From: Candidatus Cloacimonadales bacterium
Lineage (GTDB): Bacteria > Cloacimonadota > Cloacimonadia > Cloacimonadales > JAFGVF01
Direction: 5' to 3'
Assembly: GCA_963677495.2 (NCBI GenBank)
Contig: CAXXOU010000001.1
Span: 800,001-864,000 of the forward strand
DNA: 64,000 bases
The notes beneath the pieces were generated by a model. The model was not told where the DNA came from. It did not search any database and saw only the letters and a program-made list of their open reading frames with translations. The number at the start of each line of letters is the position of its first letter. Position 1 is the stretch's first letter. This document shows, piece after piece, positions 29,871 through 39,582 of this stretch. Made by a program: the position numbers and the translations under genes.

Positions 29871-29953
29871 ACCACGGGTTGACCACGGGTAATCCACGGG
29901 TTAACCACGACTCGCGTGGTTAACCCGTGGATTACCCGTGGCTCAGCCGTGGT
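29871..29953. repeat. Palindromic array of 4+4 CCACGG units at 11-bp period
   Basis: CCACG at 29872/29883/29894/29905; CGTGG at 29915/29926/29937/29948; perfect 27-bp arms around a 5-nt loop. Confidence 0.9.
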
Positions 29954-30065
29954 TAAATCACACTTTTGTACTTGTCAGTTACTCGATTAGACCTGAAGAT
30001 TGTCTTGTATTATTAGTCAGTTAAATATCTAAAGTGTATGAATAGACTCCATATTCGAGAAATAT

Positions 30066-30812
30066 CTATTTACGTAGAGAAGCTTTACTAAGCTTATTCT
30101 TTGGAATCTCTACATCAAAATCTATCTCATCAATAATCCACTCTGTACCTTTTCCCTTTTTGAGAACATCCTTGAATGTGATACTTTTTGGATAATAGCG
30201 ACCCTTCACTTCCATGACCTCATTGATAACAGCTGTCTTAAGCAGCTTTCCGCTCTTAGCGTATCTTTCCTCTTTCATAGGTAAATAGACCTCTTTATCA
30301 ACCCAAAGCATTCTCGTTGGATAAGAGATTTTCTTCACTTTTGTCTTAAGATTTATAATCCAACAATCATGACCATTTATAATCTCTTCACCCGTAATCT
30401 TAGCATCGTATAAGTCAGATAACTTTGATTCCTCCATAAAATCTTCGTATGAAAGGTCTGAGCCCATTACCGACTGTCTAAGCATATTACCTGATAACTG
30501 GATTGTTCGGTCAGAAGATGGCTCGTAAATCCAAAGTTTATTGCCAAGTTTAAGCATCTTTGTGCCTGCATCACGTGGAGGAGATAAGTATTCAGAAAAT
30601 GAGTTTTGATCTCCTTCTGCATAACTCTGAGTAGTCATTGTTCTCTGTCCTCTACGTGTATAGACTACCATTGTTGACTTTGTTACACTTGATTTTGCAT
30701 ACATATTACTGTCAATTTTGCGAACAATAGAATTTGCATCTATTGGCTCTTCTGCACTAACAATCATACAGGTTAGTGATATCAAAATTGCTATAATTAT
30801 CTTCTTAATCAT
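30066..30812 (-). CDS. Outer-membrane lipoprotein-sorting (LolA-like) protein
   Basis: Signal peptide; P..AGTKMLK, LWIYEP, MGSDLSYED, SGKLLK. Confidence 0.85.
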   Translation of the reverse strand: MIKKIIIAILISLTCMIVSAEEPIDANSIVRKIDSNMYAKSSVTKSTMVVYTRRGQRTMTTQSYAEGDQNSFSEYLSPPRDAGTKMLKLGNKLWIYEPSSDRTIQLSGNMLRQSVMGSDLSYEDFMEESKLSDLYDAKITGEEIINGHDCWIINLKTKVKKISYPTRMLWVDKEVYLPMKEERYAKSGKLLKTAVINEVMEVKGRYYPKSITFKDVLKKGKGTEWIIDEIDFDVEIPKNKLSKASLRK

Positions 30813-30814
30813 CT

Positions 30815-32083
30815 CTATTCCATCTCCTTAAACAGTTGAGAAGTTTGTCTTTTATATATTGCTCTCCCGGCTAAAACTGCACCTAATGTTGAAGCAATTA
30901 TACCGGGTATGAATCCAATCACATAGCTCATGAAATCTACCTTTGCACCAAACTCATTAGTCATCATAATAGATGAATTCTTCATGTAATGAGAGATATC
31001 AATAGGGTGGTATTGCAAGTAGTAGGAAATCGCTAATCCTATTGCCGTACCAAGTATTGAACCAACTACACCTAAGATTATAGCTTCATAAATCATCGAT
31101 AGGTATACATGTTTTTTGGACTCTCCAATTGCTAAGCGTACACCTATCTCCCCATACCGTCTGATACCATTTAGTAGGCCTGAGTTCCATAGTACGATGG
31201 CAACCATAAGCATAAGCCCGAATGTCATAATGCCAACAGATTGCTTTGTCATACCAATCATAAATCCTAGTGTTTCATCGTCTTCAAGAATTCTCATATA
31301 GGGAGAGAACTCATCACTCTTATCATTGTAACTTTGGTTGAATCTATCTTTTATCTTGTTTACTGTGTCAGTATCATAGTCGCCATCCTTTAAGAAACAG
31401 AATACTTCTCCTGTGGCATTTTCCATATCCAACAAACCAGATATTGCACTGTTGTCTATCATAACAGCACCACGGTCAAGTGCCTGTACTCCAAACTTAA
31501 CAGTACCAACAATGTTATAGTTTCTAATACTCATAGAACCATACATAGTCGAGGTAATCAAAGATACTTCTCTACCAAGTTCAATATTGAACTTCTCGAA
31601 TAGGTTATCTGATACAAGAATCTCTTCACTGTTTTCAGGTAGTCTACCTTTAATCAGGCTTGAGTTCAGATTGAAGCGTTCATGCTCTTTTCTATCATGT
31701 ATTAGGTTAAGTGCAATGCCCATGAAATCAGATTGTGAGATTGTATTACCTGTTGAATCAGGTAGGTCAATTAAGCCACCAAAGTAGGTTCTTGGAGCAT
31801 AGCTAATCTCAGGGAACTCCTTATCAAGTTTTACAAACAACTGATCAGTTTCTGTTAGGCAAAGGTCATAAGGCTTCTGCTTAATCATCTCTTCATAGGC
31901 ATTCGTAACTATCTTAAGATGCCCTAAATCTAAGTCTGCAGTCTTTGCTATCACTTGTGATAAAACTCCAACTGCCCAACACCACATAAATACTATCAAT
32001 GAGACTCCTACAGCAATTGTAATAAGGGGGAATACTGTCCTTGATCTGTCTCTTAAAATACCTTTCAATAGAAATTTAAACAT
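30815..32083 (-). CDS. FtsX/LolE-like ABC permease
   Basis: One N-terminal TM, large periplasmic domain, RRYGEIGVRLAIG, three C-terminal TMs. Confidence 0.85.
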   Translation of the reverse strand: MFKFLLKGILRDRSRTVFPLITIAVGVSLIVFMWCWAVGVLSQVIAKTADLDLGHLKIVTNAYEEMIKQKPYDLCLTETDQLFVKLDKEFPEISYAPRTYFGGLIDLPDSTGNTISQSDFMGIALNLIHDRKEHERFNLNSSLIKGRLPENSEEILVSDNLFEKFNIELGREVSLITSTMYGSMSIRNYNIVGTVKFGVQALDRGAVMIDNSAISGLLDMENATGEVFCFLKDGDYDTDTVNKIKDRFNQSYNDKSDEFSPYMRILEDDETLGFMIGMTKQSVGIMTFGLMLMVAIVLWNSGLLNGIRRYGEIGVRLAIGESKKHVYLSMIYEAIILGVVGSILGTAIGLAISYYLQYHPIDISHYMKNSSIMMTNEFGAKVDFMSYVIGFIPGIIASTLGAVLAGRAIYKRQTSQLFKEME

Positions 32084-32091
32084 AATCCCTC

Positions 32092-33261
32092 CTACACCTT
32101 ATTCCGCAGTGCTTCAGTAGGTTTTAGACGGCTTATCTTTCTACTTGGGATCCAGCTAACCAAAGCTGTGACAGTTATAATGATTAAAGCTGTTATCAAG
32201 TATAACCACCAAGGGTAAACCGGGTATAGGGTTCCATTCATCCCAACCATACCGGCTTCCTCGTAACCATCAAGCTTCCAACCGGATTTTGCGAAAAGTA
32301 TGAGTAGTGGAATCCCATAAATCAGCCCTACAAACACAGCTCCAAAAGCATAAATTATACCCTCAGTTATGAATAGTGTGATAATTTTCATCTTCTGCAT
32401 ACCAAGAGCCATCAATGTACCAATCTCTTTGGTTCGTTTAAAGATTGCCAACATCTGGGTATCGAAGATTGCTACCATAGCAAGAACAATAAAAACTAAA
32501 TACATAATAATAGCACCAACTGTCTCCGATTCCATGATTGCATCGAAATCAGCAAACAGGTATGACAAATCACGTTTAATCCAACCATTATGTTCTATTT
32601 TATAGTTTTCATCTGCCATTGTAATTATCGTTGCTTCCTCTTCAACCCCAAACATAAAGCTCATCTGCTCAATATCAAGCCATATGCAACCACCATCTAC
32701 TGTGGGCACTCCTGAGTTAAAAATGTGCACTAGTTTTGCATCATTAGCATCAAAAGCTCCATTTACATCCCGCCATCTAATAGTAACAATATCCCCCTCT
32801 TTCATCTTTAACGATTTAGCAGAGGTCTGACCCATAATTATCGGGATGTAGTGTTCACTCTCATTTGCAAGTTTATCCGAAGGAAGCTTTAACAAGCTTT
32901 GATTCGAAGGGATACCTTTAATGACAGTATTTTGGAATCTACCTTCAGGATATAACACTGCTGTTGAAATCAATATCGGTACAGCTTGATTCTTATGAAT
33001 CATTGCATCTATATCATTGGGTATTTTTCTATGACTTTTATCAAAAGTAAATGGGTCGAACTGGTCATAAGTATCAACCCAGTATTGCCCGTTACCTATT
33101 TCATAGTCTTTCATATCTCTTCTGGATTGTCTTTCCCATCCAATATAGAAGCCATGCAGACCAATTATACCTACAAAAACTGTGGACAGTATAAAGAAGT
33201 TTAACCAACTTCTGAAACCTTGTCCTAAAATGTTCTTAAATGCAAGTTTCCAGATAAGCAT
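32092..33261 (-). CDS. FtsX/LolC-like ABC permease
   Basis: LAFKNI; KRTKEIGTLMALG; PSRKISRLKPTEALR. Confidence 0.87.
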   Translation of the reverse strand: MLIWKLAFKNILGQGFRSWLNFFILSTVFVGIIGLHGFYIGWERQSRRDMKDYEIGNGQYWVDTYDQFDPFTFDKSHRKIPNDIDAMIHKNQAVPILISTAVLYPEGRFQNTVIKGIPSNQSLLKLPSDKLANESEHYIPIIMGQTSAKSLKMKEGDIVTIRWRDVNGAFDANDAKLVHIFNSGVPTVDGGCIWLDIEQMSFMFGVEEEATIITMADENYKIEHNGWIKRDLSYLFADFDAIMESETVGAIIMYLVFIVLAMVAIFDTQMLAIFKRTKEIGTLMALGMQKMKIITLFITEGIIYAFGAVFVGLIYGIPLLILFAKSGWKLDGYEEAGMVGMNGTLYPVYPWWLYLITALIIITVTALVSWIPSRKISRLKPTEALRNKV

Positions 33262-33262
33262 T

Positions 33263-33955
33263 TTACACTTCCTTTAACTCTTCTCCGGCTATTCTACCAT
33301 CGATTAGTGATATCTTCCTCTTCAGATACTCAATAACTTTTTGGTCGTGAGTCGAGAATATAAATGTAGTGCTTAGCTCCCTATTCAATTTTAGCATTGT
33401 TCTCAAAATATGATGTGAGTTCTCAGCATCAAGGTTAGCAGTTGGTTCATCTGCAACAACAAGTTCAGGTTTCTTAACAATCGCACGAGCTATCGCAACT
33501 CGTTGGCACTGACCACCTGATAACTGGTCAGGTCTGCTTTTAATCTTATCAGTCAAACCAACCCATTCAAGTGCATTCATGACCATCTCTTTCCTTTTAT
33601 GTTCCGGGAGTTTTAATAGAAGGAGAGGAAACTCAACATTTTCATATACTGAATACACAGGCAACAGATTATAACTCTGGAAGATAAAACCAATCTTGTC
33701 ACTCCGCAGATTAGCTGATTGCTTTGCTGTCAAAGTCTTAACGTCAAGGCCAAGGACATTAACGTCTCCCTCAGAAGGTTGATCAAGTGTACCGATTATG
33801 TTCAGCAGAGTTGTCTTACCTGAACCACTTGGTCCGACAAGTCCTGTAAATTCACCTGTACCTATAGATAGATTGATACTATGTAGAGCTGTAAATTCAC
33901 TATTGCCAATCGGGTATCTTTTTACAAGGTTATTTATCGTGATTAGTTCTTTCAT
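33263..33955 (-). CDS. LolD/MacB-type ABC ATP-binding protein
   Basis: GPSGSGKTT, IGFIFQSYNL, LSGGQ, ADEPTANLD; ATG 33955 follows a GGAGG RBS. Confidence 0.92.
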   Translation of the reverse strand: MKELITINNLVKRYPIGNSEFTALHSINLSIGTGEFTGLVGPSGSGKTTLLNIIGTLDQPSEGDVNVLGLDVKTLTAKQSANLRSDKIGFIFQSYNLLPVYSVYENVEFPLLLLKLPEHKRKEMVMNALEWVGLTDKIKSRPDQLSGGQCQRVAIARAIVKKPELVVADEPTANLDAENSHHILRTMLKLNRELSTTFIFSTHDQKVIEYLKRKISLIDGRIAGEELKEV

Positions 33956-33965
33956 TCTTCCCTCC

Positions 33966-35078
33966 CTAAAATGTGCATTCAATCGAGAATTGAACTATCT
34001 GTGAGTTATGGAAAATATGCTTTGCGTTTTTGGTAAACTCTTCAGGTATAAGTGAGTATGAAGTAGTTACTGTAAAATAATCTGTTGTTCTGGACCAGGA
34101 AATATAGCTACTTACCTTCTCAGTTTCCCAATCATATACAAAAAAAGACTGAATATTATTGTTCAAATCTATTGGATAATCCACAGATGCTGCGGTGAAG
34201 TTTATCTCATCATCAGAGCTTGTAATATCTTCTTCAGAGTACGATTTATACAAATGCTCTGTAAGTACATGTAAACCATTTCCTAAGCCTAGTGTGTAAT
34301 CCAACCCTGTTGTAAGAGACTTAGCATAAAACTCATCCTCATCGAAAGCAGACAGAGTAGCTTCATACCATAAGCCGATAAAGAAGTCCCAACGTCCATC
34401 AAGTCCAAACCTATTTTCGCTTCTGTAAAATGAAGTATCAAGGTTTCTATAGTGATATGTTATGGCTTGTTCGTAACCTAAAATCGGCATTTGTATCCTT
34501 CCTCCAAATTCAGGTGAATCATCCTTTGATTTAAAAAGCTCTGAGCCCTTTAGTTCATCTTTTCCAAGTATAGTCCAGAGCCAGATAGTCCCGTTATTAC
34601 CCGTGTAATATCTGCATAACGCACCCCAGACTCCAGTTGTGAAGCCCATATCATCTCTCGGGTCTACAGAATCAAACCATTGCTCTGATCTAAGTAGATA
34701 GGCTGTTCCAAAGTTTAGTTTCTGTAATCCAAATCTTACTTCATACTTTTCAGCACTCCATCTGGTCCAGGCTCTATAGAATTCAGCGTTTCCATCTCCT
34801 TCTGTTTTTCCAGGTTCAATATCAGTACTATATTCATGATTTAGTTCAGCAGTAATCCATAAGTATCCTTCCATGTTAAGGTCTAAGTTACCTGCTTCAG
34901 TCTTCCATGCAGTATATTTGAACTCAGGCAGATAATGCAATCCTGTTGAGTATTGATTTACACCGGATTGTCTATAAGCTGTTCTCAACCAAACCTTGTG
35001 TTTCATGGCAAAGCGTTCCTCTGAATAAAGTCCGACAGTAACAATGATGAAGCAAAGTAGAATTAGTAATCTCTTCAT
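33966..35078 (-). CDS. Probable outer-membrane beta-barrel protein
   Basis: Signal peptide, aromatic-rich alternating strands, C-terminal Phe; sits in the Lol-like operon. Confidence 0.6.
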   Translation of the reverse strand: MKRLLILLCFIIVTVGLYSEERFAMKHKVWLRTAYRQSGVNQYSTGLHYLPEFKYTAWKTEAGNLDLNMEGYLWITAELNHEYSTDIEPGKTEGDGNAEFYRAWTRWSAEKYEVRFGLQKLNFGTAYLLRSEQWFDSVDPRDDMGFTTGVWGALCRYYTGNNGTIWLWTILGKDELKGSELFKSKDDSPEFGGRIQMPILGYEQAITYHYRNLDTSFYRSENRFGLDGRWDFFIGLWYEATLSAFDEDEFYAKSLTTGLDYTLGLGNGLHVLTEHLYKSYSEEDITSSDDEINFTAASVDYPIDLNNNIQSFFVYDWETEKVSSYISWSRTTDYFTVTTSYSLIPEEFTKNAKHIFHNSQIVQFSIECTF

Positions 35079-35079
35079 T

Positions 35080-35766
35080 CTATTCCCCTTTGCCCATAAA
35101 AGTTCTCAGTAACTCTCTATCAACAAGTTGGATACTAGCTTCTGGAGCTCCAAGAGTTCGTTCTATCATGCTTTCGTACGATTTGTAAGTTCTGAACATA
35201 TCTTCAGGTGAGAAACCATCAATGCAGTGCCCCTTAACTTCAGTCTGAGCCTGAATTGCCAATCCTTCTCCTGCAGCAAATATCATCACAGCTGTCATCT
35301 CCGGATCTTCTACATGGAAGTTACCCTCTTTGTTGCCTTGAATAATTATTTTACTAAACTCATTCTTCCAGAAAAGTAACAGTTTTCTATTCAGTTCACG
35401 TAGGAGATATGCATTCTTCTCCTCATAAATAATGCTTGAGAAGAAGACTAATTTCTCCTTATGCTGAAGCTTATATTCACCAACGGTCTTAAACATGAGG
35501 TTCATTTTTTCAATAGCATTAAGCTTGCTTTCATTTATAACAGGAATCGCTACACCCATAATATTTGTAATAATGTCTTCTATTACAGCCACCATAAGCT
35601 CTCGCTTAGATTTGAAGTAGTAATAAAATGTACCTTTAGATATACCAACTTCATCAATAATCCTATTTACTGATGTGTTTTCATATCCAATCTCCTGAAA
35701 CAAGCTCATGGCTGTCTCAACTATCTCGCTATATCTAACTTCATACTCTTTCGAGATACGTGCCAT
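35080..35766 (-). CDS. TetR/AcrR family transcriptional regulator
   Basis: GYENTSVNRII...GISKGTFYYYFKSK helix-turn-helix. Confidence 0.93.
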   Translation of the reverse strand: MARISKEYEVRYSEIVETAMSLFQEIGYENTSVNRIIDEVGISKGTFYYYFKSKRELMVAVIEDIITNIMGVAIPVINESKLNAIEKMNLMFKTVGEYKLQHKEKLVFFSSIIYEEKNAYLLRELNRKLLLFWKNEFSKIIIQGNKEGNFHVEDPEMTAVMIFAAGEGLAIQAQTEVKGHCIDGFSPEDMFRTYKSYESMIERTLGAPEASIQLVDRELLRTFMGKGE

Positions 35767-35794
35767 TAGTACTCCTAATAGGTCAGTAGCTTTT

Positions 35795-35826
35795 TAGACC
35801 ACCAGTCTATACCGACCGTCGGTCTA
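35795..35826. promoter_or_regulatory. Tandem palindromic operator, probably for the adjacent TetR
   Basis: TAGAC-cacca-GTCTA (35795-35809) and ACCGAC-c-GTCGGT (35811-35823), about 30-60 nt upstream of the tetR start. Confidence 0.7.
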
Positions 35827-35903
35827 CCCTTTTCATCAATGTAAAAAATGTCAAGTGATTTTAGTTTTGGAGTGAGTAATATAACTTATTTTGCATATAA
35901 AAA

Positions 35904-35924
35904 AGGGTCGGACAAACCGACCCT
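35904..35924 (-). terminator. Intrinsic terminator of the two-component operon
   Basis: agggtcgg-acaaa-ccgaccct preceded by an A-run. Confidence 0.75.
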
Positions 35925-35943
35925 AAAACTGAATTAATAACGC

Positions 35944-36540
35944 CTATAAGTCTTCAAGTATATCTCTTAACTGTTTAGCTTTGCTTGTTCTACCGGCTCT
36001 GTCAAACCTGCTAACTGCTTCCTGCATAAGTTCTCTTGCTTTCTCGATATCACCTAAGAGTTTTTGTTCGAAACCTGCTTCCTTAAGATAGATGGCAGAT
36101 TCTTCCCATCTGTTTTCAGCCTTAAGCTGATCAGCAACAGCGACTAAGTCGAGATCATCAGAGAGTACTGTAGACTCAATAGTACCAGCTAATGCCTTCT
36201 CAATGGCTGGGATAAGCTTTTCATAGATTGCAGATTTAGCATGAACATCAACAGCTCCATTTCTGATAAGCTCATTTCTGATATCAATTGTTAGTTCACC
36301 TGTTAAACCAATAATCAAAAGTTCAGGGTTAATCTTTCTGAGTAACTTAAGGGTTCTGATACCATCAATACCGGGTAAGTTTACATCTAATAATACAAGG
36401 TCAATTTTCTCTTCTCTTGCTTTTTCAAGAGCAATCTCACCTGACTCAGCTTCAACGAACTTGAAGTTTGAATCACCGAGATAATCGATTAGAGTTTCGC
36501 GTAATAATTTTTTATCATCAACAATAAGGATATTCTTCAT
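35944..36540 (-). CDS. Response regulator receiver with helical (TPR-like) C-terminus
   Basis: ILIVDD, LLDVNLPGIDG, LTG; no DNA-binding domain recognisable. Confidence 0.85.
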   Translation of the reverse strand: MKNILIVDDKKLLRETLIDYLGDSNFKFVEAESGEIALEKAREEKIDLVLLDVNLPGIDGIRTLKLLRKINPELLIIGLTGELTIDIRNELIRNGAVDVHAKSAIYEKLIPAIEKALAGTIESTVLSDDLDLVAVADQLKAENRWEESAIYLKEAGFEQKLLGDIEKARELMQEAVSRFDRAGRTSKAKQLRDILEDL

Positions 36541-36557
36541 AATAGCTCCTTAAAATC

Positions 36558-37769
36558 CTATTTTTTCAATCGAGTAAATTTTAAAGTAAAGCATGTCCCT
36601 TTGTCAACATTACTTTTTACATAAATCTCACCTTGAGAGTTTTCAACCGCTTTTTTACAGATAACAAGACCCAATCCGGTGCCTTGGGCATCCTTCCAAG
36701 AAGTGAAATCGGGACGCCATATATTTTCCAGATTCTCTTCCGGTATACCACATCCGGTATCCTCTATTGAAGCATAAACATTTTTCTGGTCACACCATGT
36801 TTTCAACTTAATCTCACCTTCACCTGACATTGATTTATAGGCATTCTCTATTAAGTTTATCACAACTCGTAAGAGATCTTCTTCGGATGCTAGCATCTCA
36901 ACAGGCTTATTAGAGTAATCCTCAACAATCTTTATAAGCGGATTCTCAAGTATACGTGATTCAGAGTAAGTGTGTAAGGCAGTGTTTACTAATGATGTCA
37001 AATCCACCGGTTTCATTGGTCTATGTGGTATTCCGATAGCATCACCAAGTTGCTTAAGGTTCTCGCCTAACTCCTTGAAGAACTTTAGCAAGAGGATAAC
37101 GCTTTCACTTCTGTTTTGAGCATCTAGTATTGATTTCTGCATGGTCTCGAAGTTCTCAATCAGGTCATCAGAGAAGTCACTGTTTTCAGCTTCTGGTAAT
37201 ATCTGATTCAGATAAATATTTTTTATCCCTTCCATTTTCTTCTTGAGCATCTGAAGCTTGAGCATAAGAGATGCATAATAGGAACCAGACATATCATGTC
37301 CGACGCTCTTTACTAGTAACCTTGATTCCTCAATTGCCTTCTCTTTCTCTCGCACCAATTCTTCATTATGTAAACGCTCCTTCTGCCACTCAAAACCTTT
37401 CCTAATACTCATAAGAAATGAATCTGTGTAATCCACAACCGTATTCTTCTGAATGAAGTCTCTCGCTCCATATTTGAGCGTATTCACAGCGTTCTCGATA
37501 GTGATTTCACCCGTTAAAATTATAATGTAGTTTCTCTTAACAAGCTCATGTGAATTAAGCTTCTCCAATACTTCCAGTCCACTCATACCTGGCATCTTCA
37601 AATCAAGAAGTATCACCTTATACTCATTATTTTTCAGCTCCTCAATGCCCTCTCCCCCCGAGTGTACTTTCTCAATAGTCCATTCAGGTTCCTCAAACTC
37701 GAGCAGGTCACATATGCTTTCACAAAAGGTTAGGCTATCATCAATTATCAATATATCTTTCTTAAACAT
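36558..37769 (-). CDS. Receiver-histidine kinase hybrid
   Basis: LIIDDS, LLDLKMP; VGHDM; NLIENA, DTGCGI, GTGLGL. Confidence 0.88.
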   Translation of the reverse strand: MFKKDILIIDDSLTFCESICDLLEFEEPEWTIEKVHSGGEGIEELKNNEYKVILLDLKMPGMSGLEVLEKLNSHELVKRNYIIILTGEITIENAVNTLKYGARDFIQKNTVVDYTDSFLMSIRKGFEWQKERLHNEELVREKEKAIEESRLLVKSVGHDMSGSYYASLMLKLQMLKKKMEGIKNIYLNQILPEAENSDFSDDLIENFETMQKSILDAQNRSESVILLLKFFKELGENLKQLGDAIGIPHRPMKPVDLTSLVNTALHTYSESRILENPLIKIVEDYSNKPVEMLASEEDLLRVVINLIENAYKSMSGEGEIKLKTWCDQKNVYASIEDTGCGIPEENLENIWRPDFTSWKDAQGTGLGLVICKKAVENSQGEIYVKSNVDKGTCFTLKFTRLKK

Positions 37770-37772
37770 TAA

Positions 37773-39575
37773 CTATTCTCCTGTCTCACCCTGCGGGATT
37801 AAGAGTTGGATAATAACACCATTAGTTTTAGGGCTAAGTAAAACTTTTCCATTATAATTGTTCTTAACAATATCTATAGCAACGTCTAGCATAAAACGCT
37901 GTGGTGTAACTATATCTCGGTCGTACTCTTTTCCCACTTCTGATTTTTCAAACTCCGGTTTTGTTTCATCGTCAGTAGATTCAATAGTTGTCAGAATCAT
38001 TCTGTTAGAGCTATTCTGTTGAATCGTGATATTCAATCTACTGTCAAAGTGCTTAATATGTGCAATCGCATACATAACAAGGTTGATTAGCACTTCTGTA
38101 ATCTCATTTGGTTCAACTAATATCTTTAAGCAATCCTGCTCTAGTTTAGTCCTAACAAGATTAATCTTTTTCTGCAAGATATGTTCACTCAGGAAAAGCA
38201 AGCTTTCATCAAGAAGTTCCTGCCAATCCTTAACAATCTTTGTAAATCCTGCCTTTGTTGAAAACTCATGAAGGTTCTGAACACCCGATGCTACCTCTTT
38301 CAGGTTAGCTTCTGTGCTTTGGAGAAGCTTAAGAAGTTTCTCGCCTGTCAGCTTATCAGCTTCTATTCTCTTTAGTAGGTTCTTCACATTTAACTGGGCT
38401 GTTGTCAGTGAGTTTGTTATCTCATTTGGAAGCCTGATTGCCATCGTACCAAGTGCTGTAAGTCGCTGAGTTTTAACTATTTGCTTAGCTGAGTTCTCCA
38501 TGCTGTCTATGTATTGGATATTCTCAAGGGCAACAGAAAGCATATAACCAAGTACTGCTAGGTATCTCTCGTCATCTTCCGTAAACCAGTTCTGTTCACC
38601 CGGGTATTTTGGAATTTTATTGTAAAGCTTTATGCACCCTATAACATGTGTTTTAACTGCTATCGGAATTCCAAGAAAGGCAAGTCTATCACCATGCTTC
38701 AAAGTCTCTTTCATCTTATTTCTATACTTGCCTTTATACTTGTTAAAAGTAAGCACATTCTTTAATCTGATAATTCGGTTCTCTTTGACAAGCGTACCGG
38801 TTAAACCCTCTCCAACTTGATGAGATGCACTATTGATTAACTCTTCAGGAACACCGTATCCGGCTCTGAGCACCAGATTATTGGAGTTGTCATCCTCTCT
38901 TAAATAGATCTCACAAGATTCGGAAGAGAAGGTTTTCACAAGAGCTTTCGAGACATAATTCAATAGCTCTTTCTGCTTGTAGTAAGTGTGAAGTAACATG
39001 CCAACTTCCGTAAGCATTTTAAAGTAATCAGCCTTCTTCTGCTGTTGCATATATCTATCACTATTCTCTAAAGCGATTCCAAGATAATTACCAATATCAA
39101 GTAGCAATTCTAACTGGTCATAAGTAAAGTCATCATCCATCGAAGATGTTCTTAAAACACCGTAGAACCTGTCTGTATCAGAGATAATTGGAACACCCAT
39201 CCAGGAGCAAATCTCTGAGGTTTTGCCCTCAGTATATTTATTTTTAAGGTAGATGTCCTCACCATATTTCTTCTTTAATTTCTCCTGGTCCAACTCCTGG
39301 AGATTTGTTAGCAACAATGGCTTTCTATATTTAAAAACCCAACCGGTGAGCCCTTCACCCTCTTCATAATAAGCGGCTTCACCTGAAACTCCAAGTAAAC
39401 CCGTTGTCTCTGCCAAAACAATTCTCTTTCTCATTTCATCATGTAAGAATATCGAACAACCCTTAGCATCTAGAAGCTCTGCGATATTGTGTACCGCAAT
39501 ACTGAGAATCTTTGAACGTTCGAAGTTACTGAAAACTCTAATCAGATCTTTAAGTTTTGTCAGAGTAAATTGCAT
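37773..39575 (-). CDS. Double-GAF sensor with degenerate histidine-kinase-like C-terminus
   Basis: Two GEGLTG GAF motifs; QRLTALGTMA precedes PNEITNSL, where the H box is expected; G boxes not recognisable. Confidence 0.75.
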   Translation of the reverse strand: MQFTLTKLKDLIRVFSNFERSKILSIAVHNIAELLDAKGCSIFLHDEMRKRIVLAETTGLLGVSGEAAYYEEGEGLTGWVFKYRKPLLLTNLQELDQEKLKKKYGEDIYLKNKYTEGKTSEICSWMGVPIISDTDRFYGVLRTSSMDDDFTYDQLELLLDIGNYLGIALENSDRYMQQQKKADYFKMLTEVGMLLHTYYKQKELLNYVSKALVKTFSSESCEIYLREDDNSNNLVLRAGYGVPEELINSASHQVGEGLTGTLVKENRIIRLKNVLTFNKYKGKYRNKMKETLKHGDRLAFLGIPIAVKTHVIGCIKLYNKIPKYPGEQNWFTEDDERYLAVLGYMLSVALENIQYIDSMENSAKQIVKTQRLTALGTMAIRLPNEITNSLTTAQLNVKNLLKRIEADKLTGEKLLKLLQSTEANLKEVASGVQNLHEFSTKAGFTKIVKDWQELLDESLLFLSEHILQKKINLVRTKLEQDCLKILVEPNEITEVLINLVMYAIAHIKHFDSRLNITIQQNSSNRMILTTIESTDDETKPEFEKSEVGKEYDRDIVTPQRFMLDVAIDIVKNNYNGKVLLSPKTNGVIIQLLIPQGETGE

Positions 39576-39582
39576 CAGGTCC

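Noticed and set aside
29871..29953. CRISPR array
   Set aside because: Units are 11 bp with no unique spacers; no cas genes
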